Shown here one piece after another: positions 38,775 through 48,610 of a stretch of DNA of 57,425 nucleotides (its first letter is position 1; every line of letters starts with the position of its first letter). A program made the position numbers and the translations under genes. The DNA lies in assembly GCA_037128175.1 (NCBI GenBank), contig JBAXWY010000014.1:1-57425 (forward strand), read 5' to 3'. The notes below the pieces were generated by a model. The model had not been told where the DNA came from, searched no databases, and worked only from the letters and a program-made list of their open reading frames with translations. The DNA comes from Methanothrix sp. GTDB lineage: Archaea; Halobacteriota; Methanosarcinia; Methanotrichales; Methanotrichaceae.

Positions 38775-40504
38775 GCCTGAGCCCTCCCCAGCTGTGCCAG
38801 AAGATCTTCCACGGAAAAAGGTCTGCCGTCATACTTCAAAATTCGGTCATGTTCCTGGATCTTGATGCCATAAAAGCCGGCCAGCCTGGCCAGTTGACCC
38901 GTGGAGTTGCACTCTACTGCAAGGAGCCTCTCTACCCCTTGCAAGGCATCCTTTAGCTTTCTTTCCGGGAAGGGCGAAAGAACCAGCACCTGAATCATCC
39001 GAATTCCCAATTTTAGGGCCGCCTCCATGCATACCCCTTTATTCGAACCCCAGCAGAGCAGAGCGGTCTTGCTCTTTTTGTCTCCAAAGACCTTCACAGT
39101 CTCGTATCCCTCCAGATCCGCGGCCAGGAATTGGCCTTTTCTCAGGCGTTTGTCGCTGGTCTCCCTGGTTATTTGGGGGTCCTCAGAGGTTATGCCGTCT
39201 TCGTCGTGAGTGTAGCTGTCCGTCTTAATCGCCTGCCCTTTTTGAGGGGGGAAGGCGAGAGGCGAGACGCCCGTATCCGTGTAACGGTAGCGTTTGTACT
39301 TGCCCTGTCCATCCCAGAGCAAGGGAGACTGTTCGGTTTGTTCTTCCAGCACGCCTGTCAAGTCACCTGCCTGATCTATGTCAAAGCTGTACTGGCTCTC
39401 GCTGACGATCTTGTCGGTTAGAATGAACGCAGGCACTTGAAACTTCCAGGCCAAATTCAGGGCCACGCCCGCCCAGTAATAAGCCTCCTCGGCGTCTCCC
39501 GGTGCGACTATAAACCTGGGAAACTCTCCCTGACCGGCGTTGAGGACGAAATGCAGATCACCCTGCGCCGTGTAGGTGGGAAGACCCGTGGATGGTCCCG
39601 TTCTCTGGGCCATTACCACTACCACAGGCATCTCCGCCATGCCGGCCAGGCTGAGCCCCTCGGTCATGAGGCAAAATCCGCCGCCCGACGTCCCGACGGC
39701 CGCTTTAACCCCGGCATAGGCGAAGCCTTGGGCCATGAGCATCACTGCAATCTCACTTTCCGGATGAATCACCTTGAGGCCGAACTCTGGACCAAATTTT
39801 GCCATGAAGTCCAGCACGCTTGATGAAGGTGTCATGGGATAGGCCACGTAAGCCATAAGGCCGGCTTTGATCAGCCCCAGGCTGATGGCCTGGTTGCCGG
39901 TTATTATGGGATGAAGTTCTTGGGTTTGCTTTTCCAAATGACTATCTTCACGATCTGCACGACTATCTATGTGACAGAACTCTGTCGCCTGGTCGTAGCC
40001 CTGCCGGGCCACCTGAATATTCAGCTCCAACATCTTTGGGATATGTTTCTTTAAGACATCTTCCAGGATGGGCCAATCTATGCCCACAACCTTGCAGTAT
40101 CCGCCTATTATGCAGGTATTCTTCATGACCGCGGGCGCATTTGCCTCCTTAAGGATCTGGGTAATAGTAAGGCCAAAGCCCCTATGCATCCTATCGTCAA
40201 GTTTTACCTTATCTGCGTCGTAAATCACAAAGGAGCTATCCTTAAGACGGCTCGTGTGCTTTTCTACAGTCTCCTGGTTCAGAGCTATCAGGACATCGAT
40301 CTGGTCCATGTGAGCGGCGATCTTTTGTCTGGAAGCCCGTACTATTGAGAAATTATGTCCGCCTCTGATGAGGGAGGGATAGTCGTAGTACATGTAAATG
40401 TGATAGCCAAGGCGGCAAAAGAGGCGAGCCACAGTAAGGCCTGCCTCATTTATGCCGTCGCCGGCTATGCCACCGATTAGTGTAGAAAAATTATCCATCT
40501 TCAT
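38771..40504 (-). CDS. 2-oxoacid:ferredoxin oxidoreductase alpha subunit (gamma-alpha fusion)
   Basis: YPSLIRGGHN, AYPMTPSS, ESEIA, TSGGGF.LM.E, QR.GPSTGLPT. Confidence 0.93.
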   Translation of the reverse strand: MKMDNFSTLIGGIAGDGINEAGLTVARLFCRLGYHIYMYYDYPSLIRGGHNFSIVRASRQKIAAHMDQIDVLIALNQETVEKHTSRLKDSSFVIYDADKVKLDDRMHRGFGLTITQILKEANAPAVMKNTCIIGGYCKVVGIDWPILEDVLKKHIPKMLELNIQVARQGYDQATEFCHIDSRADREDSHLEKQTQELHPIITGNQAISLGLIKAGLMAYVAYPMTPSSSVLDFMAKFGPEFGLKVIHPESEIAVMLMAQGFAYAGVKAAVGTSGGGFCLMTEGLSLAGMAEMPVVVVMAQRTGPSTGLPTYTAQGDLHFVLNAGQGEFPRFIVAPGDAEEAYYWAGVALNLAWKFQVPAFILTDKIVSESQYSFDIDQAGDLTGVLEEQTEQSPLLWDGQGKYKRYRYTDTGVSPLAFPPQKGQAIKTDSYTHDEDGITSEDPQITRETSDKRLRKGQFLAADLEGYETVKVFGDKKSKTALLCWGSNKGVCMEAALKLGIRMIQVLVLSPFPERKLKDALQGVERLLAVECNSTGQLARLAGFYGIKIQEHDRILKYDGRPFSVEDLLAQLGRAQA

Positions 40505-40742
40505 CCCCTGAAAGGATCTATTCCAGTTAATGTTGCCTCTTGCGATTCGTGTCTGAGTTTTATAGCGTAGCAGTGCTATGCATATTATTGTGGCTAACGG
40601 TATATAAGAAACTATGTAGAAATCGATGAAACTGTCCTCAAAAATCTACAGATATATTCAGGTCCTCATATTCTTGATAATTTCGAAAAACCCCATTTAG
40701 GATCATCTGAGTAATCAGGTAGCCATTCCACCTGTTGTAAGT

Positions 40743-43700
40743 CTATTGAGTGCGGCTGCCTTTCGGAGAGAATTTCGAAATCCTACTCTTGGCAAGATCT
40801 CTATAACGCAGAGCTTTTTCATTTGTTGGATCCTCCAAAATCGCATTATCAAACGCATCACACGCATTTTTAAACTCACCTTTAACAAGGAAATAAATTC
40901 CTCTGCTGAACCATGCGCATGGATACGTTTCATATATGTTCTCTATGATAATTTTCTTTGTATCGTTTTCCGGATTTGCCATAAGGTTTGAGGGTATCCT
41001 AAATGCATCTCTCAGATCGACTCCTTCTTCGATATGACCCAATAAATTTAGATGAAAATCCAAGAAATCCTTATCTACATACTTATTTAAATCCGGATGA
41101 GTATCATCTTCTATAAAGATAATACGATACAACGGATTGTTGGTATTGAAATCTTTTTTAGCGAATAGCTTAGTAATAACCTTAACTTCATGGATAGGCA
41201 TATGATCTGTTCTCTTGAGGAAGTTAGCAGCTAGATTTGGCACCAATTTTTTAGAATCATAGTATATTTTTAGCTCATTATTCTCTTTCTTTGCTATAAA
41301 TCCATCCTTCCTAACGCCATCGATTTTCAAAATTACTTCCGTTATTTCTCCGTTGCGTTTCAGGGAAAGAGTTGTTCTAGGACCACTAATAGTATCATCG
41401 CCTATTTTTGCAATTTTTTCATTATCTCCTAAATCAATGCCCAATTTCTTTTTTAGGAAATCCATGAGTTTTCCATTAATAGAATTTATATTATCATTCC
41501 AGCTAAACACATACAAATCTTCTATTTTGAATTTCACTAGTTCTTTCAATTCTTCAGGTAACCGATTTTTGTCATTGGATTCATCTGTACCAATATCCTG
41601 AGACGGAATCTCTCTGGAATTATCCGACACAGCAGATTCATCCTTTAACTTGTCCTGCAATAATCTCAATCTACATTTCCAATATATTCCACCTAGTGGT
41701 AGAACAAAATCTATTCTGCCTTGTCTTAGAGCAGCAGGATCGGCCCCGCGCACGTTATTCATGGCTAAAATAAAAATAATATTTTTACATTCTCTTAATT
41801 CTTGAAATTTGGGCAATAATGCGGTTACTATCCAGGTCAAAGATTCTGTGCTATCTGTGCGTGCTTTGATTAGCTGATCTACTTCATCAAAGAAGACCAC
41901 AGCATTTTCCATTAGAGTTAGCTTTTTAAATATACTGTAAGCATTTTTGATAATATTTTGATCTCCCTGGTCTAAGAATTGTCCTGGTGTAATTTCAACG
42001 TATTTCCAACCTTCACCTAGTCTTTTAGCAAGTGCTTTGGCTACTGTGGACTTTCCTGATCCAGGGGGACCAAATAATAAGGCAGATCTGTAATCGTCAC
42101 TCGCAAAATACGTTTTGTCATTGTCGGTATACAATTTACGAATAAAATTCAAGGCGTTATAACTATCGCATAACGTATCAAAATCGAATTTATTATCCAA
42201 ATTAACTGCGGGTATTGCATGAAGATCGTTATCTATAATTCTTTCAATTTCCTTAAATAACAACTTGTAATACTCATCTATAAATATAAGCGAGTGGGCT
42301 GATACCCATGAAACAGGTTCAGATATTCCTTCGTACTCAGAAGTCCAACCAATAACGGCTGCTGAGCGGGATAACTCTTTCTGAGTTTTATCTCCGGATG
42401 TCGATTTTTGATTATTATCGGTGCCTACCCCGGATGATCCTATGCATGCTAATTCGATTGACTCATTTGACATAGCATCTTTTGGATCTGCTTTCCTTAA
42501 ATTTTCCCTCAACCAATTAAATAGAGTTTCAAGATTTTCCTCATATTTTCTCCCCAATATTGGTTCAATGGATGCATGGGCAAGGAGGTCGCTAAAGCAT
42601 TCTACGCTAGACAATATTGGCTTTGCAGTCAGAAGGGTATATTCGGCTGTTATTTCTTTATGACAGATGCTTTTTAGCTTGCCATTATCCGTTTCCCACA
42701 ATGGTTTGAATCTAGTAATAATTTTTCCACCTTTAGTCTTTTTCAACACTACTTCAGTTTTTTCACCATTACGTATTAGTGAGATGTTATATAGTTCGGC
42801 AGATGATGCTGTTATTATGATATTCTCCTCGTTTTCTTTTTTAATATCTTCAGCTTTTGCCACTTTAATATTAAATTCTTTTGTTAGAAATTTTATGAAT
42901 CTATCTTTATCCTTTCCAGACTCTCCAGAAATTTCATTCCACTCAAACATACAATTTTTTATTGCGAAATCATTCGAAACAACATGGCCAATCGGCAATA
43001 GGCCCGTTTTGAGTTGCTGTTCAAAAATCAAGTCTAATGCCAAATCTATTATTAATTTATTAGAATATTTATTATTTTTATTTATTATCAACATACTGTA
43101 AATAAGACGTTTTACATCGAATTTGCTTTTATCATCTGCGCTAGCTAAAGTTAGCTGTCTATACAATTCATATTTGGCATCTTTATATATAGTTTCAGAT
43201 ACATATGTTTCAAAATTTTCATATCTCATTAACTGACTATTATTACTATTCTTGAAATCATCATACGTTTCGTTGAATTCTTTTTTTATTTCATCATACC
43301 ACGTATCAATAATTTGAGAAAATTTATAATACACATAAGGATGCGGTGATCCTGTTGAATAGATAAACTTATTCCATAGGAATTCCTTGCAGAGCAATTT
43401 AACCACGTTTTTTCCGGTTTCTTTATTTTCCCCCTCGATTTTGTTTGGCATTGTAGAAGATAATATGCTGAGAGTTGTAAATTCATCAGGGTGCTCATAT
43501 TGTTGTGGTTTTGCCCTGTCGCACAATTGCGTAAAAATTTTTTCGTACGATCCTTTTATAAGTTGATTATAGTCTTCAAGAATCATTTCAGTAGTTTGAT
43601 TTTTAGTATTTTTGCCATTAGTTTCTTCGATGAAATGGCGTTTACCGGACTCCGCCCAAGGTTTTTTATATTGATTCACAACACGATTGCATATTGCTGT

Positions 43701-43973
43701 TGAGGACAATTTAAATTTATTATCATTTATTTCCAGCCTAGTTAGACAAAAGGATCCATCCTTTTTCCGGAAATTTTCCAGAATCTTGCCTGAGGAATCT
43801 AATCTAAATTTCTTTATTTCTTTATATAGATCAATTAGTCGGTTTAATCGATCATCATTATCCAAGGATTTCGAAAAATCCCCTCTAGGCTTGTCTGATC
43901 GATCATGTGGCTTTTCCAACAATTGTGAATCTGCTGATAGATATATTTTTTTGGAGGGCAATTTGATATCCAT
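40743..43973 (-). CDS. Large AT-rich AAA+ ATPase with an uncharacterised helical N-terminus, two inserted ~85-95 aa domains and a C-terminal TPR
   Basis: GPPGSGKST, VVFFDEVD, AMNN, LRQGRID; terminal AWFSRG...A..AFD.AI..DP. Confidence 0.85.
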   Translation of the reverse strand: MDIKLPSKKIYLSADSQLLEKPHDRSDKPRGDFSKSLDNDDRLNRLIDLYKEIKKFRLDSSGKILENFRKKDGSFCLTRLEINDNKFKLSSTAICNRVVNQYKKPWAESGKRHFIEETNGKNTKNQTTEMILEDYNQLIKGSYEKIFTQLCDRAKPQQYEHPDEFTTLSILSSTMPNKIEGENKETGKNVVKLLCKEFLWNKFIYSTGSPHPYVYYKFSQIIDTWYDEIKKEFNETYDDFKNSNNSQLMRYENFETYVSETIYKDAKYELYRQLTLASADDKSKFDVKRLIYSMLIINKNNKYSNKLIIDLALDLIFEQQLKTGLLPIGHVVSNDFAIKNCMFEWNEISGESGKDKDRFIKFLTKEFNIKVAKAEDIKKENEENIIITASSAELYNISLIRNGEKTEVVLKKTKGGKIITRFKPLWETDNGKLKSICHKEITAEYTLLTAKPILSSVECFSDLLAHASIEPILGRKYEENLETLFNWLRENLRKADPKDAMSNESIELACIGSSGVGTDNNQKSTSGDKTQKELSRSAAVIGWTSEYEGISEPVSWVSAHSLIFIDEYYKLLFKEIERIIDNDLHAIPAVNLDNKFDFDTLCDSYNALNFIRKLYTDNDKTYFASDDYRSALLFGPPGSGKSTVAKALAKRLGEGWKYVEITPGQFLDQGDQNIIKNAYSIFKKLTLMENAVVFFDEVDQLIKARTDSTESLTWIVTALLPKFQELRECKNIIFILAMNNVRGADPAALRQGRIDFVLPLGGIYWKCRLRLLQDKLKDESAVSDNSREIPSQDIGTDESNDKNRLPEELKELVKFKIEDLYVFSWNDNINSINGKLMDFLKKKLGIDLGDNEKIAKIGDDTISGPRTTLSLKRNGEITEVILKIDGVRKDGFIAKKENNELKIYYDSKKLVPNLAANFLKRTDHMPIHEVKVITKLFAKKDFNTNNPLYRIIFIEDDTHPDLNKYVDKDFLDFHLNLLGHIEEGVDLRDAFRIPSNLMANPENDTKKIIIENIYETYPCAWFSRGIYFLVKGEFKNACDAFDNAILEDPTNEKALRYRDLAKSRISKFSPKGSRTQ

Positions 43974-44156
43974 CCATATCCACCTTTATTTTTATAACAA
44001 ATGAATTAATCCTTAGCAAGCTTATAAATGCTCTGGTCGAATGGATTGATGATCCCAATATATGCCTGCAAGAAAATACTTATAGAATAGAATGAATTCA
44101 TTTTTAGGAAGAATTCGGCAAGCTCTGACCAAAGAGCGTTTAGAGATGAGGAGGTT

Positions 44157-44411
44157 TTGAGAACGGATCAGAATTTAGCTCAAGCACATGATGCCGAGCT
44201 GGACTGTGTGGGCCTCTTTTGCCCCATGCCCATCGCGAAGACCAAGGAAGAGATTGAGAACATAGAAGTGGGACAGGTCCTGAAAGTAGAAGCGGACGAT
44301 CCTGCCTCCGAGGAAGACATCTCCCGCTGGGCTAAGCGAGCGGGCCATGAGGTCCTCCGGCTGGAGAAGTCCGGAAATATCATTACCTTCTGGATAAGAA
44401 GGAAGAAGTAA
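44157..44411 (+). CDS. tusA: TusA-family sulfur carrier
   Basis: LDCVGLFCPMPI, G.VL.V.ADDP.S.EDI..W. Confidence 0.92.
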   Translation: MRTDQNLAQAHDAELDCVGLFCPMPIAKTKEEIENIEVGQVLKVEADDPASEEDISRWAKRAGHEVLRLEKSGNIITFWIRRKK

Positions 44412-44441
44412 GAGTACCAATGCAATGGTAGTGATGGTATT

Positions 44442-44801
44442 ATGAGCAAAATCCTTTATGTTCAGACCAGCGGCCTGGATACGCCGGAAAGACTTTACGC
44501 GCCCTTTATCCTGGGCATGACGGCTCAGGCGATGGATGTGGAAGCCTCTATCTTCTTCATGATCAAAGGCATAACCGCCATGAAGAAAGGCGAGGCGGAG
44601 AAGATCAAGATCGGAAGCTTTCCTTCTCTCAAAGAGGTTATCGATCAGGCCCTCGCCTCCGGCGTGAAGATGTACATCTGCGAGCAGAGCACACAGCTCC
44701 TTGGCATGGCCCGGGGCGACTTCATACCCGAGGCAAAAATTGCCGGAGCCGGAACATTAAATGACCTGGCGCTGGATGCAGACTCGACCATCAGCTTCTA
44801 G
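44442..44801 (+). CDS. DsrE/DsrF-like protein
   Basis: PF..G.TA.AMD.E.SIFF...G, GVKMYICEQS, AGAGTL. Confidence 0.85.
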   Translation: MSKILYVQTSGLDTPERLYAPFILGMTAQAMDVEASIFFMIKGITAMKKGEAEKIKIGSFPSLKEVIDQALASGVKMYICEQSTQLLGMARGDFIPEAKIAGAGTLNDLALDADSTISF

Positions 44802-44819
44802 ATATATTAGGGATCTGAT

Positions 44820-45974
44820 ATGTGCGGAATTTATTTAGACTACCAGTCTGCGTCTCCCCTGGACCCCAGGGTTGCCGAATTTGCAGAGCGCTATCTAAGC
44901 AATGATTTTGGCAATCCTTCGGCTCTGCATTCTCGGGGCCTGGCAGCAAAGGCGGCTCTGGAGGAGGCGCGGGCAAAAGTGGCGGAGCTGATAAATGCAG
45001 AAAGCCCGGAGAGCATCGTCTTCACGGCAGGCGTCACCGAGGCCAACAACCTGGCCATTCGAGGAGCAGCCCAGAGGAACGCGGCTAAGGGCAAGAAGCT
45101 GCTGGCCAGCCTTATTGAGCACATCTCCGTGCTTAATCCCCTGAAAGATTTGAAGAAGGGTGGCTTTGACCTCGCCCTGGTTCCGGTGGACAGCATGGGC
45201 ATTATCGATCTGGCGGCCCTGGAGGGACTGCTTTCTAAGGAGACCGTCCTCACATCGGTGATGTACGCCAACAGCGAGATTGGAACCATTCAGCCCATAA
45301 AAGAGGTGAGCGATCTTGTGCACGAGAAAGGGCAGTTTCTGCACGTGGACGGCGCTGCCGCCGCGGGCAAGATCCCAATCGACGTGCAAAAGGACGGCAT
45401 CGACCTGCTCACCCTTTCCTCGAACGATCTTTACGGGCCGCAGGGGGCGGGTGCTTTGTATGTCAAACCGGGCGTGCGCATTCAGCCAGTGCTTTTCGGC
45501 GGCGGTCAGGAAAAGGGCCTTGAGCCCGGCACCGAGAATCTCTATGCTCTGGCGGGATTTGGCGAGGCGGCCAGGCTGGTGAAGCTGGAGAAGGCAGAAG
45601 AAAGCCAACGTTTGCAGGCCATCCGAGATGGTCTGATCAAGGAGATCCTCAAGATCGAGGAGTCGTACCTCACCGGTCATGCCACGAAGCGGCTGCCGCA
45701 TCACGCCAGCTTCCGCTTCAGCCGTATTGAGGGGGAGAGCATTCTCCTCACCATGGATGCCATGTTCAACATTCAGGTATCCACGGGATCGGCCTGCTCC
45801 TCACGCACCTTGGAGCCTTCCCATGTGCTTTTGGCCATAGGCTTAAGACATGAGCAGGCGCATGGCTCCATGGTCATGACGCTCGGCAGGCAGAACAATC
45901 CTGATCAGATAGCTGCAATCATCCATGCGACGAAAAAGACAGTAGAAAGGCTGAGGGCTCTCTCTCCGCTTTAA
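44820..45974 (+). CDS. iscS: IscS/NifS-like protein lacking the PLP-binding lysine
   Basis: IYLD, FGNPS, TEANN, EHISV, NSEIGTIQ, LSSNDLYGP (canonical SxHK), STGSACSS. Confidence 0.92.
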   Translation: MCGIYLDYQSASPLDPRVAEFAERYLSNDFGNPSALHSRGLAAKAALEEARAKVAELINAESPESIVFTAGVTEANNLAIRGAAQRNAAKGKKLLASLIEHISVLNPLKDLKKGGFDLALVPVDSMGIIDLAALEGLLSKETVLTSVMYANSEIGTIQPIKEVSDLVHEKGQFLHVDGAAAAGKIPIDVQKDGIDLLTLSSNDLYGPQGAGALYVKPGVRIQPVLFGGGQEKGLEPGTENLYALAGFGEAARLVKLEKAEESQRLQAIRDGLIKEILKIEESYLTGHATKRLPHHASFRFSRIEGESILLTMDAMFNIQVSTGSACSSRTLEPSHVLLAIGLRHEQAHGSMVMTLGRQNNPDQIAAIIHATKKTVERLRALSPL

Positions 45975-45986
45975 AGGTGAAAAGAA

Positions 45987-46433
45987 ATGGCACAGATTGG
46001 TTACTCCAAGGAAGTTATGGAACACTTCATGAACCCCCGGAATGTGGGGGTGATCGAGAACCCGGACGGATACGGACAGGTGGGCAATCCCGTATGCGGC
46101 GATCTCATGGAGATATTCATCACCGTCAAGGAAGACAAAATCGACGACATCAAATTCAGGACCTTCGGCTGCGGCTCGGCCATAGCCGTCTCCAGCATGG
46201 TCACAGAGATGGCCAAGGGCAAGACTCTGGACGAGGCCATGTTGATCACCAGAAAGGATGTAGCGGACGAGCTGGGGGGGCTGCCGCCCCAGAAGATGCA
46301 CTGCTCTAATCTCGGCGCTGACGCGCTTCATGCCGCCATCAAGAACTACTGGGTGAAGATTGGCAAGATCAAGCCGGAGGAAGTCAAGGAGGAGAGCCAC
46401 GAGGGCGAAGAGGGAGAGAGCTGCGGGACGTGA
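45987..46433 (+). CDS. iscU: IscU/NifU-N Fe-S cluster scaffold
   Basis: HF.NPRNVG, GNPVCGD, FGCGSAIA, LPPQKMHCS. Confidence 0.95.
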   Translation: MAQIGYSKEVMEHFMNPRNVGVIENPDGYGQVGNPVCGDLMEIFITVKEDKIDDIKFRTFGCGSAIAVSSMVTEMAKGKTLDEAMLITRKDVADELGGLPPQKMHCSNLGADALHAAIKNYWVKIGKIKPEEVKEESHEGEEGESCGT

Positions 46434-46620
46434 GCAGACGCAATTCTTTTTTTTAGAGATCGATTCGCTCTTTTACAGCATCTTCAAATGAGCTTTCCAT
46501 CGATCTCCGATTGCCAAAATACGACCTCCCTGCAGTCTCCCGCGTGCGTGTGTGCCTGCGGGCGCACGTGACCGCTCGGGGCGGGGGCCGCATGCGACGT
46601 AGCTACTACTTCATTCATAT

Positions 46621-47016
46621 TCAATATGAAATTACTACTAATCCGGGAATACGCTTAAAATGGCTATCATTAGACACTATTGTGGCTCCATGTGTCATTG
46701 TGATAGCTGCGATCAGCTCATCGAAGTCGTTTATCGATTCTCCACGAGATCTGAGGCTGGCTGAAAGGGCCGCAAACCACTCATAAGTGTCTTCGTCTAT
46801 GGGGAGAACAACGAAGGCATCCAGCAGCTTCTTGACCTTTTGTACGGACTCATTGGAAATCGTAGGTAGATATGCGCCTTTATATAACTCAAGTGCATTG
46901 ATTTGCGTAGTGCATATCGTTTCTTTGGTTTCTTCCAGTTCTATGATTTTTCTAAGTGCGGCTTTCTTCCTGTGCAGGGCATCGATCAGGATGGTGGTAT
47001 CAAGTACCAGCATCAA
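46621..47016 (-). CDS. vapC: VapC-family PIN toxin
   Basis: [31 protein letters not shown]. Confidence 0.92.
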   Translation of the reverse strand: MMLVLDTTILIDALHRKKAALRKIIELEETKETICTTQINALELYKGAYLPTISNESVQKVKKLLDAFVVLPIDEDTYEWFAALSASLRSRGESINDFDELIAAITMTHGATIVSNDSHFKRIPGLVVISY

Positions 47017-47237
47017 AGATCAACTTCTCGCATTTTGGATTGACGCATCTCTTTGGAGGCGGCCTCAATTCGGTCAGCTAAAGCGTCATCTTGACCTATC
47101 TCTGCCAGGATCTCGGAAAGCTTTCGTTTAACAGGGAAATTCTGCATAATAGCTTCTGAAAAGCTCTGATTCTCACTTTTTCTACTCTTCAGTCTGTTAT
47201 AAGCATCTTCAGTTATGGTTATGGTCTTGGTTGACAT
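47013..47237 (-). CDS. vapB: VapB-family antitoxin (RHH-type, DUF217-like)
   Basis: [16 protein letters not shown]...SFSE.I; 4-bp overlap with vapC. Confidence 0.88.
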   Translation of the reverse strand: MSTKTITITEDAYNRLKSRKSENQSFSEAIMQNFPVKRKLSEILAEIGQDDALADRIEAASKEMRQSKMREVDL

Positions 47238-47243
47238 GCATTA

Positions 47244-47257
47244 ACGTACGTGTACGT
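47244..47257. promoter_or_regulatory. Putative vapBC autoregulatory operator
   Basis: Inverted repeat acgtac-gt-gtacgt between an AT-rich TATA-like box (47263-47270) and the vapB start. Confidence 0.45.
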
Positions 47258-47342
47258 ACTTGTATTAATAGATGCTGTGATGGAGAGATTTAATTACGTC
47301 TGGACACACAAAGTGTTCACTTGCTGATGTGAGGCCTATCCG

Positions 47343-48401
47343 ATGCGCGTACCACAATTGCTGCTCCTCTTCTTGCCGGTTGCCCTGCTGGCGCATTTTG
47401 CCGGCATAGGTGAGATCTTCGTCTTTGCCGCTTCAGCTCTGGCTATCATTCCACTGGCAAAGATCCTGGGCGAGGCCACAGAAGTTCTGGCAGAGAAGAC
47501 TGGCCCGCGCATAGGCGGGCTTCTCAATGCCACCTTCGGAAATGCCGCCGAGCTGATCATCACTCTGGCGGCAATTCGTGCCGGGCAGATGCAGCTGGTA
47601 TTGGCCTCCATCACCGGCTCCATTCTGGGCAACCTTCTCCTGGTCCTGGGCTTTTCCATGTTTTTAGGCGGCCTAAAGAACGGCCGGCAAATGTTCGACC
47701 GAAGGCAGGTGGATACGGATGCCACCATGACCATTCTGGCCCTGATCGCCATGAGCGTACCCTCCCTCTTCAGCCTCTACATCCCAAATGCCAGGCTCGT
47801 TGAGGAGCTGAGCCTGACCACTGCGGCAGCTATGCTGATCCTCTATGTGCTCTTCATCATCTACACTTTAAGGATCTGCTCTTCGGAAAAATGTGAACCC
47901 GTAACAGTAAGAGAAGCCCTGCCCGAGCATGTCTGGAGTACAAACAAGGCATTAGCCATCATGGGCTTCTCTATGATCGGCATCGTCCTGATGAGCGAGC
48001 TTTTAGTAGCATCGGTAGAGGCGGTCACGGCTATACTGGGCCTCACGCCCTTTTTCGTCGGAATAATCATCGTGCCCATCATCGGCAACGTGGCGGAGCA
48101 CCTGGTCGCCGTTCAGGCTGCCCGGCAGAATAAGATGGACCTGTCTCTCTCGATTGCCCTGGGCTCCAGCCTGCAGATCGCTCTCTTCGTGACGCCGGTG
48201 CTGGTCTTCGCCTCACTGCTCCTGGGTAGTCCACTCACGCTTCAGTTCAATCAGCTGGAGCTGATCGCTCTCACGGCTGCGTCCATGATCTCAGCCCTGG
48301 TCTCTTTGGATGGAGAGTCCAACTGGCTGGAAGGGGCCATGCTGCTGGCGGTGTACGGCATCCTGGGCCTGGCGTTCTTTTTCTTGCCTTTAAAGCTCTA
48401 A
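47343..48401 (+). CDS. cax: Ca2+/H+ antiporter (CAX/ChaA family)
   Basis: NATFGNAAELII, GSILGNLL, IGNVAEH, GSSLQIAL, DGESNWLEG. Confidence 0.93.
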   Translation: MRVPQLLLLFLPVALLAHFAGIGEIFVFAASALAIIPLAKILGEATEVLAEKTGPRIGGLLNATFGNAAELIITLAAIRAGQMQLVLASITGSILGNLLLVLGFSMFLGGLKNGRQMFDRRQVDTDATMTILALIAMSVPSLFSLYIPNARLVEELSLTTAAAMLILYVLFIIYTLRICSSEKCEPVTVREALPEHVWSTNKALAIMGFSMIGIVLMSELLVASVEAVTAILGLTPFFVGIIIVPIIGNVAEHLVAVQAARQNKMDLSLSIALGSSLQIALFVTPVLVFASLLLGSPLTLQFNQLELIALTAASMISALVSLDGESNWLEGAMLLAVYGILGLAFFFLPLKL

Positions 48402-48610
48402 CAAATGATGATTAGAGCGGCTATGCTTGAGGATTTCCTCTGGGATAGACCCTCGCGAACGCCCCAGGATATAGAGCTTTATCTGCTAACCCAGTGGGCG
48501 AGGGCGACAATCGTCTGGCCGCCAAAGAGCCATACTGCCTCCAGGACACCGCCTCGGTGGATGGTTCCACCAAAAGGATGAAATGTATTCGGCAACAAAA
48601 CCAGGCCGCA

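Noticed and set aside
48423-48610. Short ORFs and an upstream extension before the secreted protein
   Set aside because: No recognisable family; the signal peptide places the start at 48611
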